Below are positions 26,001 to 40,321 of a DNA stretch of 64,000 bases, piece after piece. Location of the stretch: positions 142,848,001 to 142,912,000 of the forward strand of contig OZ038378.1 of assembly GCA_964036045.1 (NCBI GenBank). Reading direction: 5' to 3'. Positions within the stretch are counted from its first letter, which is position 1, and each line of letters opens with the position of its first letter. Made by a program: the position numbers and the translations under genes. The stretch is from Eutreptiella sp. 'Long Island Sound 2002'. Its lineage: Eukaryota; Protista; Euglenida. Below the pieces are notes generated by a model that saw nothing but the letters and a program-made list of their open reading frames with translations, was not told where the DNA came from and made no database searches.

Positions 26001-29000
26001 CCGTGTGCAAGCTGACAAGGCAACGATTGGGTAGCCATATGGATCCGTCCCCACCATGGGGACCGGGAGATGGCAACAATCACCAACTAATCCCCTGCCT
26101 CCCCACCATAGGGAACCCGGGAAATCCGGCTATGTAGGCTTATTGATTACTTCCCCTTTTGAGCACCCTGATATGGCATGGTTTTTGGTTTTTGTAGCCA
26201 TGTTTTCTCTTCCCACTATCCGCATTTCAAAAGGTATTCTTTTTTTAGCGCCCTCAATGCATTTTCAGTAGGTCTACCCTTAGCAGGTTGGTGTTATGGA
26301 GCCATATGGGTGTCTACCCCGTGTGGGGACTGTAAGAAGCCATGGTGCATGTAGCCACATCCATTCCCCCGCATCTTGGGAGGTTGTGACAAGGCAATCG
26401 ATTATGCACCTACATTTACTTTTTCCTTACTATGGGGAACCGGAGAAGGCCGGTGTTATGTAGCTTTATTGATTTATCCCCTCATGTGGAACACAACCTT
26501 TTTGAGTAGCCATGCCATTTGTCCCCACTATGGGGCCGCTGAGTAGGAAGGCATTATGTACCCATCTCCCCACAATTGTGTCTCCGACATGGGGCCCACA
26601 ACATGCATTTTTTGTTCAGCCACATTGATTTATCCCTACCACGAGGACCCTAACAAGGTTGGTATCATGTAGGCATATGCAGTTCTGCCCACTATGGGGA
26701 CACCGAGAAGGTACGGGTCAAGCAGTCGCACCTATTTTCTTCCACCATCACTACATGGGGAGCCGTGAAGGTAGCGGGTAGGTAGCCATATTGATCTCTC
26801 CCGCGCTTTGGGGACGTGAACCCCAAGAAGGCAAGTTGTCTTCCGCCATATCGATTTCAGCCCACTATGGGGACGTTGCGAAGGCAAGCAATGTATAGCT
26901 GCATTGATTTCTCTCCACTATGAGGACCACAAACGAAATGTGTTACGTAGCCATATTGATTTCTTCTCACCATAGAGATCTTCAGAAGGTTGCTGTGGTG
27001 TGGCCATATTGAGCTTACTTGCTATGGAATCTCAAGAAGCTAGGGGGTCTATAGACATATCCATTTCTCCCCATCATGGGGACCCGGGAACGTAGTGATT
27101 TTTCAGCCATGTGGAGTCTTCTCCACTAAGGTGCCTGTGATAAGGCATGAGGTGTGTAGCCCGATAAATTGCTCACAACTATGGGAACCGTGAGAAGGCA
27201 TGGGTTATGTAGCCGTATTCATTTCTTGTCATACGGGAACCTTGAGAAGGCATTTTCTTTCCAGCTAGGACTTAGAGAAGGCTGATATTATGTAGCCATA
27301 TTGACAACTTCGCAGGAACCACCACAACACTATCACTGCGCAAGCACACAAAAACGCATCAGTGGATATCCAAGTTTTTGTGCTGCGCTTGATTGAACCC
27401 TTTCGGCTGCAATCGTCCTTCCTTCACAATGTAATCTGCACACATAGCTGCAGCCGACCTCCAAAGCCTATTTGTGATCCACTTGTGTCTTTGAGGAACG
27501 GTGGTGTTTTTAATTCCAACAGGGCCACAAACAACACATTGGAACAAGATTTCCATCGTTTCATCATCTGCGAAAAGTTCAAGAGCTTGCTCATCGGTAA
27601 GAGCTGCAGACGGAAGAGAGACTTCACCGGCCACAACTTTCCTGCTGAACTTCTGAAAATACTTGTCAAATGTGGACGGCAAAGTTTCCTTTTCCTTTTC
27701 TATTTCAATCGCTGGCTGATCTCCAAGAAGGCAATAGTCACATCGCCACATTGAGGTTTCCCCATTGTGGGCACCTCCAAAAGTCAAGGGTTGTATAGCT
27801 AGCTATATTGATGTCTTGGCCTCTTGAAGAAGGGCGGGGGTGTGTAGCCATATTGGTTTGTCCCTAGTTTGGGGACCCTGAGAAGGCAAGGGTTGTGCAG
27901 CTACATTGACTACTGCGCACTTTGGGACCCGGTGAAGGCAGCGGTAATATAGCGTTGTTGACTTCTCCGCACTAAAGGGACCTTTACAAGGTAGGGGTTA
28001 TGTAGCCATACTTTCTTCTCTTCATTTTCGGGGACACCGAGAGGACTAGTGGGACCAAGACCGGAACGCATGACAGAGGCAAATTTGTGGCCATGTTGAT
28101 TTCTCCCCTTCTCAAGCTACCGAGGAGGGCACCAGATTTGTTTCCCTCCACCATCTTATGTAGAGTCACCCAATTTTTGAAGCGCATTGGTAACATTTAG
28201 GAGTCATGGCCGGCGGCCCCTATGAAGTAGGTGATATGGATGTACAAGTAGAGGATCTTTTGGAGAGGGAGGTCGGGATACCCTAGGTACGTATCCCCAT
28301 GCCACATCCACTATAGGGACACTTTCTCCCTTGACCCTTCATGGTGTCCCAGTATCAGGGGGTTATAGACCCACCAAGGTTGGTATGATGGAGTCACATG
28401 GGTGTCTCCTTTGGCACCCAAAGAAGCTATGGTTTATGTAGCCATATTGATTTGTCCGAACCGTGTGCAAGCTGACAAGGCAACGATTGGGTAGCCATAT
28501 GGATCCGTCCCCACCATGGGGACCGGGAGATGGCAACAATCACCAACTAATCCCCTGCCTCCCCACCATAGGGAACCCGGGAAATCCGGCTATGTAGGCT
28601 TATTGATTACTTCCCCTTTTGAGCACCCTGATATGGCATGGTTTTTGGTTTTTGTAGCCATGTTTTCTCTTCCCACTATCCGCATTTCAAAAGGTATTCT
28701 TTTTTTAGCGCCCTCAATGCATTTTCAGTAGGTCTACCCTTAGCAGGTTGGTGTTATGGAGCCATATGGGTGTCTACCCCGTGTGGGGACTCTAAGAAGC
28801 CATGGTGCATGTAGCCACATCCATTCCCCCGCATCTTGGGAGGCTGTGACAAGGCAATCCATTATGCACCTACATTTACTTTTTCCTTACTATGGGGAAC
28901 CGGAGAAGGCCGGTGTTATGTAGCTTTATTGATTTATCCCCTCATGTGGAACACAACCTTTTTGAGTAGCCATGCCATTTGTCCCCACTATGGGGCCGCT

Positions 29001-32000
29001 GAGTAGGAAGGCATTATGTACCCATCTCCCCACAATTGTGTCTCCGACATGGGGCCCACAACATGCATTTTTTGTTCAGCCACATTGATTTATCCCTACC
29101 ACGAGGACCCTAACAAGGTTGGTATCATGTAGGCATATGCAGTTCTGCCCACTATGGGGACACCGAGAAGGTAGGGGTCAAGCAGTCGCACCTATTTTCT
29201 TCCACCATCACTACATGGGGAGCCGTGAAGGTAGCGGGTAGGTGGCCATATTGATCTCTCCCCCGCTTTGGGGACGTGAACCCCAAGAAGGCAAGTTGTC
29301 TTCCGCCATATCGATTTCAGCCCACTATGGGGACGTTGCGAAGGCAAGCAATGTATAGCTGCATTGATTTCTCTCCAGTATGAGGACCACAAACGAAATG
29401 TGTTACGTAGCCATATTGATTTCTCCTCACCATAGAGATCCTCAGAAGGTTGCTGTGGTGTGGCCATATTGAGCTTACTTGCTATGGAATCTCAAGAAGC
29501 TAGGGGGTCTATAGACATATCCATTTCTCCCCATCACGGGGACCCGGGAACGTAGTGATTTTTCAGCCATGTGGAGTCTTCTCCACTAAGGTGCCTGTGA
29601 TAAGGCATGAGGTGTGTAGCCGGATAAATTGCTCACAACTATGGGAACCGTGAGAAGGCATGGGTTATGTAGCCGTATTCATTTCTTGTCATACGGGAAC
29701 CTTGAGAAGGCATTTTCTTTCCAGCTAGGATTTAGAGAAGGCTGATATTATGTAGCCATATTGACAACTTCGCAGGAACCCCAAGAAGGCAATAGTCACA
29801 TCGCCACATTGAGGTTTCCCCATTGTGGGCACCTCCAAAAGTCAAGGGTTGTATAGCTAGCTATATTGATGTCTTGGCCTCTTGAAGAAGGGCGGGGTGT
29901 GTAGCCATATTGGTTTGTCCCTAGTTTGGGGACCCCGAGAAGGCAAGGGTTGTGCAGCTACATTGACTGCTGCGCACTTTGGGACCCGGTGAAGGCAGCG
30001 GTAATATAGCGTTGTTGACTTCTCCGCACTAAAGGGACCTTTACAAGGTAGGGGTTATGTAGCCATACTTTCTTCTCTTCATTTTCGGGGACACCGAGAG
30101 GACTATTGGGACCCGGACCGGAACGCATGACAGAGGCAAATTTGTGGCCATGTTGATTTCTACCCTTCTCAAGCTACCGAGGAGGGCACCAGATTTGTTT
30201 CCCTCCACCATCTTATGTAGAGTCACCCAATTTTTGAAGCGCATTGGTAACATTTAGGAGTCATGGCCGGCGGCCCCTATGAAGTAGGTGTTATGGATGT
30301 ACAAGTAGAGGATCTTCTGGAGAGGGAGGTCGGGATACCCTAGGTACGTATCCCCATGCCACATCCACTATAGGGACACTTTCTCCCTTGACCCTTCATG
30401 GTGTCCCAGTATCAGGGGGTTATAGACCCACCAAGGTTGGTATGATGGAGTCACATGGGTGTCTCCTTTGGCACCCAAAGAAGCTATGGTTTATGTAGCC
30501 ATATTGATCTGTCCGAACCGTGTGCAAGCTGACAAGGCAACGATTGGGTAGCCATATGGATCCGTCCCCACCATGGGGACCGGGAGATGGCAACAATCAC
30601 CAACTAATCCCCTGCCTCCCCACCATAGGGAACCCGGGAAATCCGGCTATGTAGGCTTATTGATTACTTCCCCTTTTGAGCACCCTGATATGGCATGGTT
30701 TTTGGTTTTTGTAGCCATGTTTTCTCTTCCCACTATCCGCATTTCAAAAGGTATTCTTTTTTTAGCGCCCTCAATGCATTTTCAGTAGGTCTACCCTTAG
30801 CAGGTTGGTGTTATGGAGCCATATGGGTGTCTACCCCGTGTGGGGACTCTAAGAAGCCATGGTGCATGTAGCCACATCCATTCCCCCGCATCTTGGGAGG
30901 TTGTGACAAGGCAATCCATTATGCACCTACATTTACTTTTTCCTTACTATGGGGAACCGGAGAAGGCCGGTGTTATGTAGCTTTATTGATTTATCTCCTC
31001 ATGTGGAACACAACCTTTTTGAGTAGCCATGCCATTTGTCCCCACTGTGGGGCCGCTGAGTAGGAAGGCATTATGTACCCATCTCCCCACAATTGTGTCT
31101 CCGACATGGGGCCCACAACATGCATTTTTTGTTCAGCCACATTGATTTATCCCTACCACGAGGACCCTAACAAGGTTGGTATCATGTAGGCATATGCAGT
31201 TCTGCCCACTATGGGGACACCGAGAAGGTAGGGGTCAAGCAGTCGCACCTATTTTCTTCCACCATCACTACATGGGGAGCCGTGAAGGTAGCGGGTAGGT
31301 AGCCATATTGATCTCTCCCCCGCTTTGGGGACGTGAACCCCAAGAAGGCAAGTTGTCTTCCGCCATATCGATTTCAGCCCACTATGGGGACGTTGCGAAG
31401 GCAAGCAATGTATAGCTGCATTGATTTCTCTCCAGTATGAGGACCACAAACGAAATGTGTTACGTAGCCATATTGATTTCTTCTCACCATAGAGATCTTC
31501 AAAAGGTTGATGTGGTGTGGCCATATTGAGCTTACTTGCTATGGAATCTCAAGAAGCTAGGGGGTCTATAGACATATCCATTTCTCCCCATCACGGGGAC
31601 CCGGGAACATAGTGATTTTTCAGCCATGTGGAGTCTTCTCCACTAAGGTGCCTGTGATAAGGCATGAGGTGTGTAGCCCGATAAATTGCTCACAACTATG
31701 GGAACCGTGAGAAGGCATGGGTTATGTAGCCGTATTCATTTCTTGTCACACGGGAACCTTGAGAAGGCATTTTCTTTCCAGCTAGTACCTAGAGAAGGCT
31801 GATATTATGTAGCCATATTGACAACTTCGCAGGAACCCCAAGAAGGCAATAGTCACATCGCCACATTGAGGTTTCCCCATTGTGGGCACCTCCAAAAGTC
31901 AAGGGTTGTATAGCTAGCTATATTGATGTCTTGGCCTCTTGAAGAAGGGCGGGGGTGTGTAGCCATATTGGTTTGTCCCTAGTTTGGGGACCCCGAGAAG

Positions 32001-35000
32001 GCAAGGGTTGTGCAGCTACATTGACTACTGCGCACTTTGGGACCCGGTGAAGGCAGCGGTAATATAGCGTTGTTGACTTCTCCGCACTAAAGGGACCTTT
32101 ACAAGGTAGGGGTTATGTAGCCATACTTTCTTCTCTTCATTTTCGGGGACACCGAGAGGACTATTGGGACCCGGACCGGAACGCATGACAGAGGCAAATT
32201 TGTGGCCATGTTGATTTCTCCCCTTCTCAAGCTACCGAGGAGGGCACCAGATTTGTTTCCCTCCACCATCTTATGTAGAGTCACCCAATTTTTGAAGCGC
32301 ATTGGTAACATTTAGGAGTCATGGCCGGCGGCCCCTATGAAGTAGGTGTTATGGATGTACAAGTAGAGGATCTTCTGGAGAGGGAGGTCGGGATACCCTA
32401 GGTACGTATCCCCATGCCACATGCACTATAGGGACACTTTCTCCCTTGACCCTTCATGGTGTCCCAGTATCAGGGGGTTATAGACCCACCAAGGTTGGTA
32501 TGATGGAGTCACATGGGTGTCTCCTTTGGCACCCAAAGAAGCTATGGTTTATGTAGCCATATTGATCTGTCCGAACCGTGTGCAAGCTGACAAGGCAACG
32601 ATTGGGTAGCCATATGGATCCGTCCCCACCATGGGGACCGGGAGATGGCAACAATCACCAACTAATCCCCTGCCTCCCCACCATAGGGAACCCGGGAAAT
32701 CCGGCTATGTAGGCTTATTGATTACTTCCCCTTTTGAGCACCCTGATATGGCATGGTTTTTGGTTTTTGTAGCCATGTTTTCTCTTCCCACTATCCGCAT
32801 TTCAAAAGGTATTCTTTTTTTAGCGCCCTCAATGCATTTTCAGTAGGTCTACCCTTAGCAGGTTGGTGTTATGGAGCCATATGGGTGTCTACCCCGTGTG
32901 GGGACTCTAAGAAGCCATGGTGCATGTAGCCACATCCATTCCCCCGCATCTTGGGAGGTTGTGACAAGGCAATCGATTATGCACCTACATTTACTTTTTC
33001 CTTACTATGGGGAACCGGAGAAGGCCGGTGTTATGTAGCTTTATTGATTTATCCCCTCATGTGGAACACAACCTTTTTGAGTAGCCATGCCATTTGTCCC
33101 CACTATGGGGCCGCTGAGTAGGAAGGCATTATGTACCCATCTCCCCACAATTGTGTCTCCGACATGGGGCCCACAACATGCATTTTTTGTTCAGCCACAT
33201 TGATTTATCCCTACCACGAGGACCCTAACAAGGTTGGTATCATGTAGGCATATGCAGTTCTGCCCACTATGGGGAAACCGAGAAGGTAGGGGTCAAGCAG
33301 TCGCACCTATTTTCTTCCACCATCACTACATGGGGAGCCGTGAAGGTAGCGGGTAGGTGGCCATATTGATCTCTCCCCCGCTTTGGGGACGTGAACCCCA
33401 AGAAGGCAAGTTGTCTTCCGCCATATCGATTTCAGCCCACTATGGGGACGTTGCGAAGGCAAGCAATGTATAGCTGCATTGATTACTCTCCAGTATGAGG
33501 ACCACAAACGAAATGTGTTACGTAGCCATATTGATTTCTCCTCACCATAGAGATCTTCAAAAGGTTGATGTGGTGTGGCCATATTGAGCTTACTTGCTAT
33601 GGAATCTCAAGAAGCTAGGGGGTCTATAGACATATCCATTTCTCCCCATCACGGGGACCCGGGAACATAGTGATTTTTCAGCCATGTGGAGTCTTCTCCA
33701 CTAAGGTGCCTGTGATAAGGCATGAGGTGTGTAGCCCGATAAATTGCTCACAACTATGGGAACCGTGAGAAGGCATGGGTTATGTAGCCGTATTCATTTC
33801 TTGTCATACGGGAACCTTGAGAAGGCATTTTCTTTCTAGCTAGTACCTAGAGAAGGCTGATATTATGTAGCCATATTGACAACTTCGCAGGAACCCCAAG
33901 AAGGCAATAGTCACATCGCCACATTGAGGTTTCCCCATTGTGGGCACCTCCAAAAGTCAAGGGTTGTATAGCTAGCTATATTGATGTCTTGGCCTCTTGA
34001 AGAAGGGCGGGGGTGTGTAGCCATATTGGTTTGTCCCTAGTTTGGGGACCCCGAGAAGGCAAGGGTTGTGCAGCTACATTGACTACTGCGCACTTTGGGA
34101 CCCGGTGAAGGCAGCGGTAATATAGCGTTGTTGACTTCTCCGCACTAAAGGGACCTTTACAAGGTAGGGGTTATGTAGCCATACTTTCTTCTCTTCATTT
34201 TCGGGGACACCGAGAGGACTATTGGGACCCGGACCGGAACGCATGACAGAGGCAAATTTGTGGCCATGTTGATTTCTCCCCTTCTCAAGCTACCGAGGAG
34301 GGCACCAGATTTGTTTCCCTCCACCATCTTATGTAGAGTCACCCAATTTTTGAAGCGCATTGGTAACATTTAGGAGTCATGGCCGGCGGCCCCTATGAAG
34401 TAGGTGTTATGGATGTACAAGTAGAGGATCTTCTGGAGAGGGAGGTCGGGATACCCTAGGTACGTATCCCCATGCCACATGCACTATAGGGACACTTTCT
34501 CCCTTGACCCTTCATGGTGTCCCAGTATCAGGGGGTTATAGACCCACCAAGGTTGGTATGATGGAGTCACATGGGTGTCTCCTTTGGCACCCAAAGAAGC
34601 TATGGTTTATGTAGCCATATTGATCTGTCCGAACCGTGTGCAAGCTGACAAGGCAACGATTGGGTAGCCATATGGATCCGTCCCCACCATGGGGACCGGG
34701 AGATGGCAACAATCACCAACTAATCCCCTGCCTCCCCACCATAGGGAACCCGGGAAATCCGGCTATGTAGGCTTATTGATTACTTCCCCTTTTGAGCACC
34801 CTGATATGGCATGGTTTTTGGTTTTTGTAGCCATGTTTTCTCTTCCCACTATCCGCATTTCAAAAGGTATTCTTTTTTTAGCGCCCTCAATGCATTTTCA
34901 GTAGGTCTACCCTTAGCAGGTTGGTGTTATGGAGCCATATGGGTGTCTACCCCGTGTGGGGACTCTAAGAAGCCATGGTGCATGTAGCCACATCCATTCC

Positions 35001-38000
35001 CCCGCATCTTGGGAGGTTGTGACAAGGCAATCGATTATGCACCTACATTTACTTTTTCCTTACTATGGGGAACCGGAGAAGGCCGGTGTTATGTAGCTTT
35101 ATTGATTTATCCCCTCATGTGGAACACAACCTTTTTGAGTAGCCATGCCATTTGTCCCCACTATGGGGCCGCTGAGTAGGAAGGCATTATGTACCCATCT
35201 CCCCACAATTGTGTCTCCGACATGGGGCCCACAACATGCATTTTTTGTTCAGCCACATTGATTTATCCCTACCACGAGGACCCTAACAAGGTTGGTATCA
35301 TGTAGGCATATGCAGTTCTGCCCACTATGGGGAAACCGAGAAGGTAGGGGTCAAGCAGTCGCACCTATTTTCTTCCACCATCACTACATGGGGAGCCGTG
35401 AAGGTAGCGGGTAGGTAGCCATATTGATCTCTCCCCCGCTTTGGGGACGTGAACCCCAAGAAGGCAAGTTGTCTTCCGCCATATCGATTTCAGCCCACTA
35501 TGGGGACGTTGCGAAGGCAAGCAATGTATAGCTGCATTGATTACTCTCCAGTATGAGGACCACAAACGAAATGTGTTACGTAGCCATATTGATTTCTCCT
35601 CACCATAGAGATCTTCAAAAGGTTGATGTGGTGTGGCCATATTGAGCTTACTTGCTATGGAATCTCAAGAAGCTAGGGGGTCTATAGACATATCCATTTC
35701 TCCCCATCACGGGGACCCGGGAACATAGTGATTTTTCAGCCATGTGGAGTCTTCTCCACTAAGGTGCCTGTGATAAGGCATGAGGTGTGTAGCCCGATAA
35801 ATTGCTCACAACTATGGGAACCGTGAGAAGGCATGGGTTATGTAGCCGTATTCATTTCTTGTCATACGGGAACCTTGAGAAGGCATTTTCTTTCTAGCTA
35901 GTACCTAGAGAAGGCTGATATTATGTAGCCATATTGACAACTTCGCAGGAACCCCAAGAAGGCAATAGTCACATCGCCACATTGAGGTTTCCCCATTGTG
36001 GGCACCTCCAAAAGTCAAGGGTTGTATAGCTAGCTATATTGATGTCTTAGCCTCTTGAAGAAGGGCGGGGGTGTGTAGCCATATTGGTTTGTCCCTAGTT
36101 TGGGGACCCCGAGAAGGCAAGGGTTGTGCAGCTACATTGACTACTGCGCACTTTGGGACCCGGTGAAGGCAGCGGTAATATAGCGTTGTTGACTTCTCCG
36201 CACTAAAGGGACCTTTACAAGGTAGGGGTTATGTAGCCATACTTTCTTCTCTTCATTTTCGGGGACACCGAGAGGACTAGTGGGACCAAGACCGCAACGC
36301 ATGACAGAGGCAAATTTGTGGCCATGTGTATTTCTCCCCTTCTCAAGCTACCGAGGAGGGCACCAGATTTGTTTCCCTCCACCATCTTATGTAGGGTCAC
36401 CTAATTTTTGAAGCGCATTGGTAACATTTAGGAGTCATGGCCGGCGGCCCCTATGAAGAAGGTGTTATGGATGTACAAGTAGAGGATCTTTTGGAGAGGG
36501 AGGTCGGGATACCCTAGGTACGTATCCCCATGCCACATCCACTTTAAGGACCCGTTTCCCCTTGACCCTTCATGGTGTCCCAGTATCAGGGGGTTATAGA
36601 CCCACCAAGGTTGGTATGATGGAGTCACATGGGTGTCTCCTTTGGCACCCAAAGAAGCTATGGTTTATGTAGCCATATTGATTTGTCCGAACCGTGTGCA
36701 AGCTGACAAGGCAACGATTGGGTAGCCATATGGATCCGTCCCCACCATGGGGACCGGGAGATGGCAACAATCACCAACTAATCCCCTGCCTCCCCACCAT
36801 AGGGACCCCGGGAAATCCAGCTATGTAGGCTTATTGATTACTTCCCCTTTTGAGCACCCTGATATGGCATGGTTTTTGGTTTTTGTAGCCATGTTTTCTC
36901 TTCCCACTATCCGCATTTCAAAAGGTATTCTTTTTTTAGCGCCCTAAATGCATTTTCAGTAGGTCTACCCTTAGCAGGTTGGTGTTATGGAGCCATATGA
37001 TTGTCTACCCCGTGTGAACCCGGTGAAGGCAACGGTAATGTAGCGTTGTTTATTTCCCCGCACTATGGGGACCTTTACAGGATAGGGGTCATGTAGCCAT
37101 ACTTTCTTCTCCTCTTTTTCTGAGACACCGAGAGGACTGTTGGGACCCGGACCGGAGCGCATGACACAGGCAAATTTGTGGCCATGTTGATTTCTCCCCT
37201 TCCGAGGCTACCGAGGAAGCTCGATGTATTGCACCACATTCGTTTGCCTCCCCCATCTTATGTAGAGTCACCCAACTTTCTCAGCGCATTGGTAATTCTT
37301 CGCATTCCAGTTGGAATGGTGTCACCCCAAAGTCACACTGGGAGCTCTACCATGTTGCTTCCAAAGTGCGACAAGAGGAGCGAGGAGAGGACGTAGGGAA
37401 TTCTTGACATGTGTGTAGCACCCCACAGCGAGAGAAGTCCTTCATGCAGAATAGCATGCAGAACACGGGGGACCGGAGACGGCCGGTGTTATGTGGCCAT
37501 ATTGATTTTTCTCTCCTCATGTGTAACACAACCTATTTGAGTAGCCACACCATTTGTCCCCACTATGGGGCTGCCGAGTGGGAAGGCATTATGCAGCCAT
37601 ACTGATTTCTTCCAACAATTGTTTCTCCGACACGGGGCTCACAACATGCATGGTTTGTTCACCCAATAGTGTTTTGTGACCACCACGAGCACCCTAACAT
37701 GGTTGATATCATGTAGGCATATGCAGTTCTTCCCACTATGACACGAGAAGGTAGGGGTCAGGCCGCGACATCGATTTCCTCGCACTATCACTACATGGGG
37801 AGCCGCCACGATAGTGGGTAGGTAGCCATATTGATCTCACCCCCCTTTGGGGACTTGAGCCCAAGAAGGCAAGCTGTCTTTCGCCATATTGATTTCACCC
37901 CACGTCCCACGATGGGGACGCTGAGACGGCAGGCGTTATCTAGCTGTATTGATTTCTCTCTAGTATGAGGACGGCAAAAGAAATGGTTTATCTAGCCATA

Positions 38001-39061
38001 TTGATCCCTCCTCACCATAGCGATCATGAGAATGTTGCTCTGAAGTAGCCATATTGATGTTTACCTGCCACGGAAGCTCACGAAGCGAGGGGTGCTGTAG
38101 ACATTTCTCCCCATCATGGGGACCCGGGAACATAGGGATTTTTCAGCCATGTTGAGTTGTCCCCAGTAAGGTGCCTGTGATAAGACATTAGGTGTGTAGC
38201 CCAATAAGTTGCTCACAACTATGGGCACCACGACAAGGCAAAGGTCATCTAGCCTTATTTATTTCTCGTCATATGGGGACCCTAAGAAGGCATTTTTTTT
38301 TGCAGCTGTTGCTTGGAGAAGGTGGGTGTCATGTAACCATGTTGACAACTCCGCATGAACCCCAAGAAGGCAATAGTCACATCGCCACATTGAGGTTTCC
38401 CCATCGCGGGCACCTCCGAAGGGTTCAGGGTTATACAGCTATATTGATGTCTGGCCACTATGGCCTCTTGAAGAAGGGCCGGGTTGTGTAGCCATGTTCG
38501 CTTGTCCCCACTTTGGCGACCCCGAGAAGGCAAGGGTTTTGCAGCCACATTGACTTCTGCGCACTTCGGGACGCGGTGAAGGCAGCGGTAACATAGCGTT
38601 GTTGACTTCTGCGCACCATGGCGACCTTTACAAGGTAGGGGTTATGTAGCCCTACTTTCTTCTCTTCATTTTCGGGCACTTTTGGGACTTGGACAGGAAG
38701 GCATGACGGAGGCAAATTTATGGCCATGTTGATTTCTCTCCTTCTCAGGCTACCGAGGAGGCCAGATGTATGGCACCACATTTGTTTCCCTCCAACATCT
38801 TATGTAGAGTCACCCAATTTTTGCAGCACATTGGTAATTCTTTGCGGTCAAATTCGAATGGTATCATCCCAAAGCCACACTAGCAATTATACCATGTTGC
38901 CCCCAAAGTCCGACAAGCGATGCGAGGACCAAGGAAATTCCTGACATGCGTGTAGCACCCCACCGCGCGAGAACTCTTTCATGCAGAATAACATGCACAA
39001 TATGGGGAACCGGAGATGGCCGGTGTTATATAGCCATATTGATTTTTCTCTCCTCATGTGT
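14017..39061. repeat. Higher-order satellite array: ~2058-bp unit (2460 bp with insert) built from ~52-bp monomers
   Basis: Marker TTTAGGAGTCATGGCC at about 14018, 16062, 18367, 20816, 23276, 25736, 28196, 30254, 32311, 34369 and 36428. Monomer consensus is approximately GGGGACCCCGAGAAGGCAGGGGTTATGTAGCCATATTGATTTCTCCCCACTAT. Central units are near-identical; units at 14.0-16.1 kb and 37.0-39.1 kb are diverged. Confidence 0.95.
17492..17893 (-). other. 402-bp foreign coding fragment inserted into the satellite unit (copy 1 of 5)
   Basis: Filled site gcaggaacc[accacaac...ggctgatct]ccaagaagg versus empty site gcaggaaccccaagaagg (29772-29789). The minus strand reads DQPAIEIEKEKETLPSTFDKYFQKFSRKVV...QHKNLDIH*. 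Other copies: 19941-20342, 22401-22802, 24861-25262, 27321-27722. Confidence 0.9.
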
Positions 39062-39149
39062 AGATAAATCAACTGGTACATTGCATCTAGTTCCTCATTG
39101 TTATTCCCCTTGTTCGTGAAAAACCCGTTCCCCGTGCCCGTCCAATCTA

Positions 39150-40321
39150 TTGGGTGGGTGTAATCACACTAGTACCGGCACACTCGGTCACGCCGACATG
39201 CATGCCATGGGCCACGGGCACCGATAATCTTTGCATCTGGGATGATTCTGTCCACTTGCCATACCCGTCATAGTATACCTGCGCTACCAAGCAGGCAATG
39301 TGCGGTCTCGCGGTTCGTTTCTCGCCATCTTCCCGAGCCTCGGGCGTGTTCTGCTCTTCCTCCTTCTCCAGATTGGTGTGCAGTGTCTCGCGGTTGGCCG
39401 CCAGCTTCCTTTTCATACGGCGTGGTCGGCCTTGCCTCCTTTGCCCAGACGGTTGTCGGGGCAGACGTTAGCGGCAAGGTCCCTTGGATCTTCAGCACTC
39501 GGACACAACAGGGGCCTCATGACGCACATGGCTGGCAGGAGGGTTTGTGCAACAGTGCCTAGGTCTCGGCTCGTCTCCGGAAGGTCGCGTCCTCCTGATT
39601 CTGTCTCCGGCTCTGTCGAAGCTCTGGGGCTGCTGTGCATGCTGTACGCCGAAATTCTTTGCCGCCCGATTGTGGGGGCCTCCGCATTGTGACTGTCGCG
39701 GGTGCGTTGCATTCTGCCCAGTACACGGATCTGAGGCGGGTACGGCGTCCCATCCGCATGCCTGCATCTCGCAATATATGATCCATTCTCCAGACGCCTT
39801 GTGAACTGGTGCGTGTTGGTTCGATTGGACGGACGCCAAATATGTCGCTGGACTTGCACCATCCAGAACCCTTGTTCACCTGCAATTCTGTACGCCGTAC
39901 ACTCAATGGGTACCCTCAGCCATGCTTCTAGGTCGCGCGAGACAAAATCCACGTTTGCCCGGGTAATGTTATTAAGGCGCAACACGATCACATCTTTACC
40001 CGGCTTTTCTTCTCTGCGTCTTGCATCGACGTATGGTGAAGTGTTGTATGGCTCTTGAGACCAGGAACGGCGGTGCTGCTTCGCTTGGCCACCTCGTGCG
40101 TTGATGCTGCTGATGTGCTCGACTGTCACCGTCGTCGCTCTGGCTGCCCAGATCAGTGCTTTCCTCGGGACGCTCCCTCTGCTCTGCTTGTTCTCCGGCA
40201 CTAGGAGCCGTTTTCTCTCCGACCCCTGAGAATTCATTTTGCAACACTCTCGGCACATGCGTATACAAACACAAATATAGGCACCAAGTGAGACAGAGGC
40301 AAGCACACCTCCACGGCCCAT
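39150..40321 (-). pseudogene. Decayed ORF, possibly an RRM-like retroelement ORF1
   Basis: 302-aa open frame containing VIVLRLNNITRANVDFVSRDLEAWL...AYRIAGEQGFWMVQV, a pattern resembling RNP2/RNP1; continues past a stop toward 39150. Confidence 0.3.

Noticed and set aside
14017-39061. CRISPR-like array or many repeated small genes (60-91-aa ORFs)
   Set aside because: Monomers are degenerate along their whole length with no unique spacers and no cas genes; the ORFs recur only because the unit repeats.
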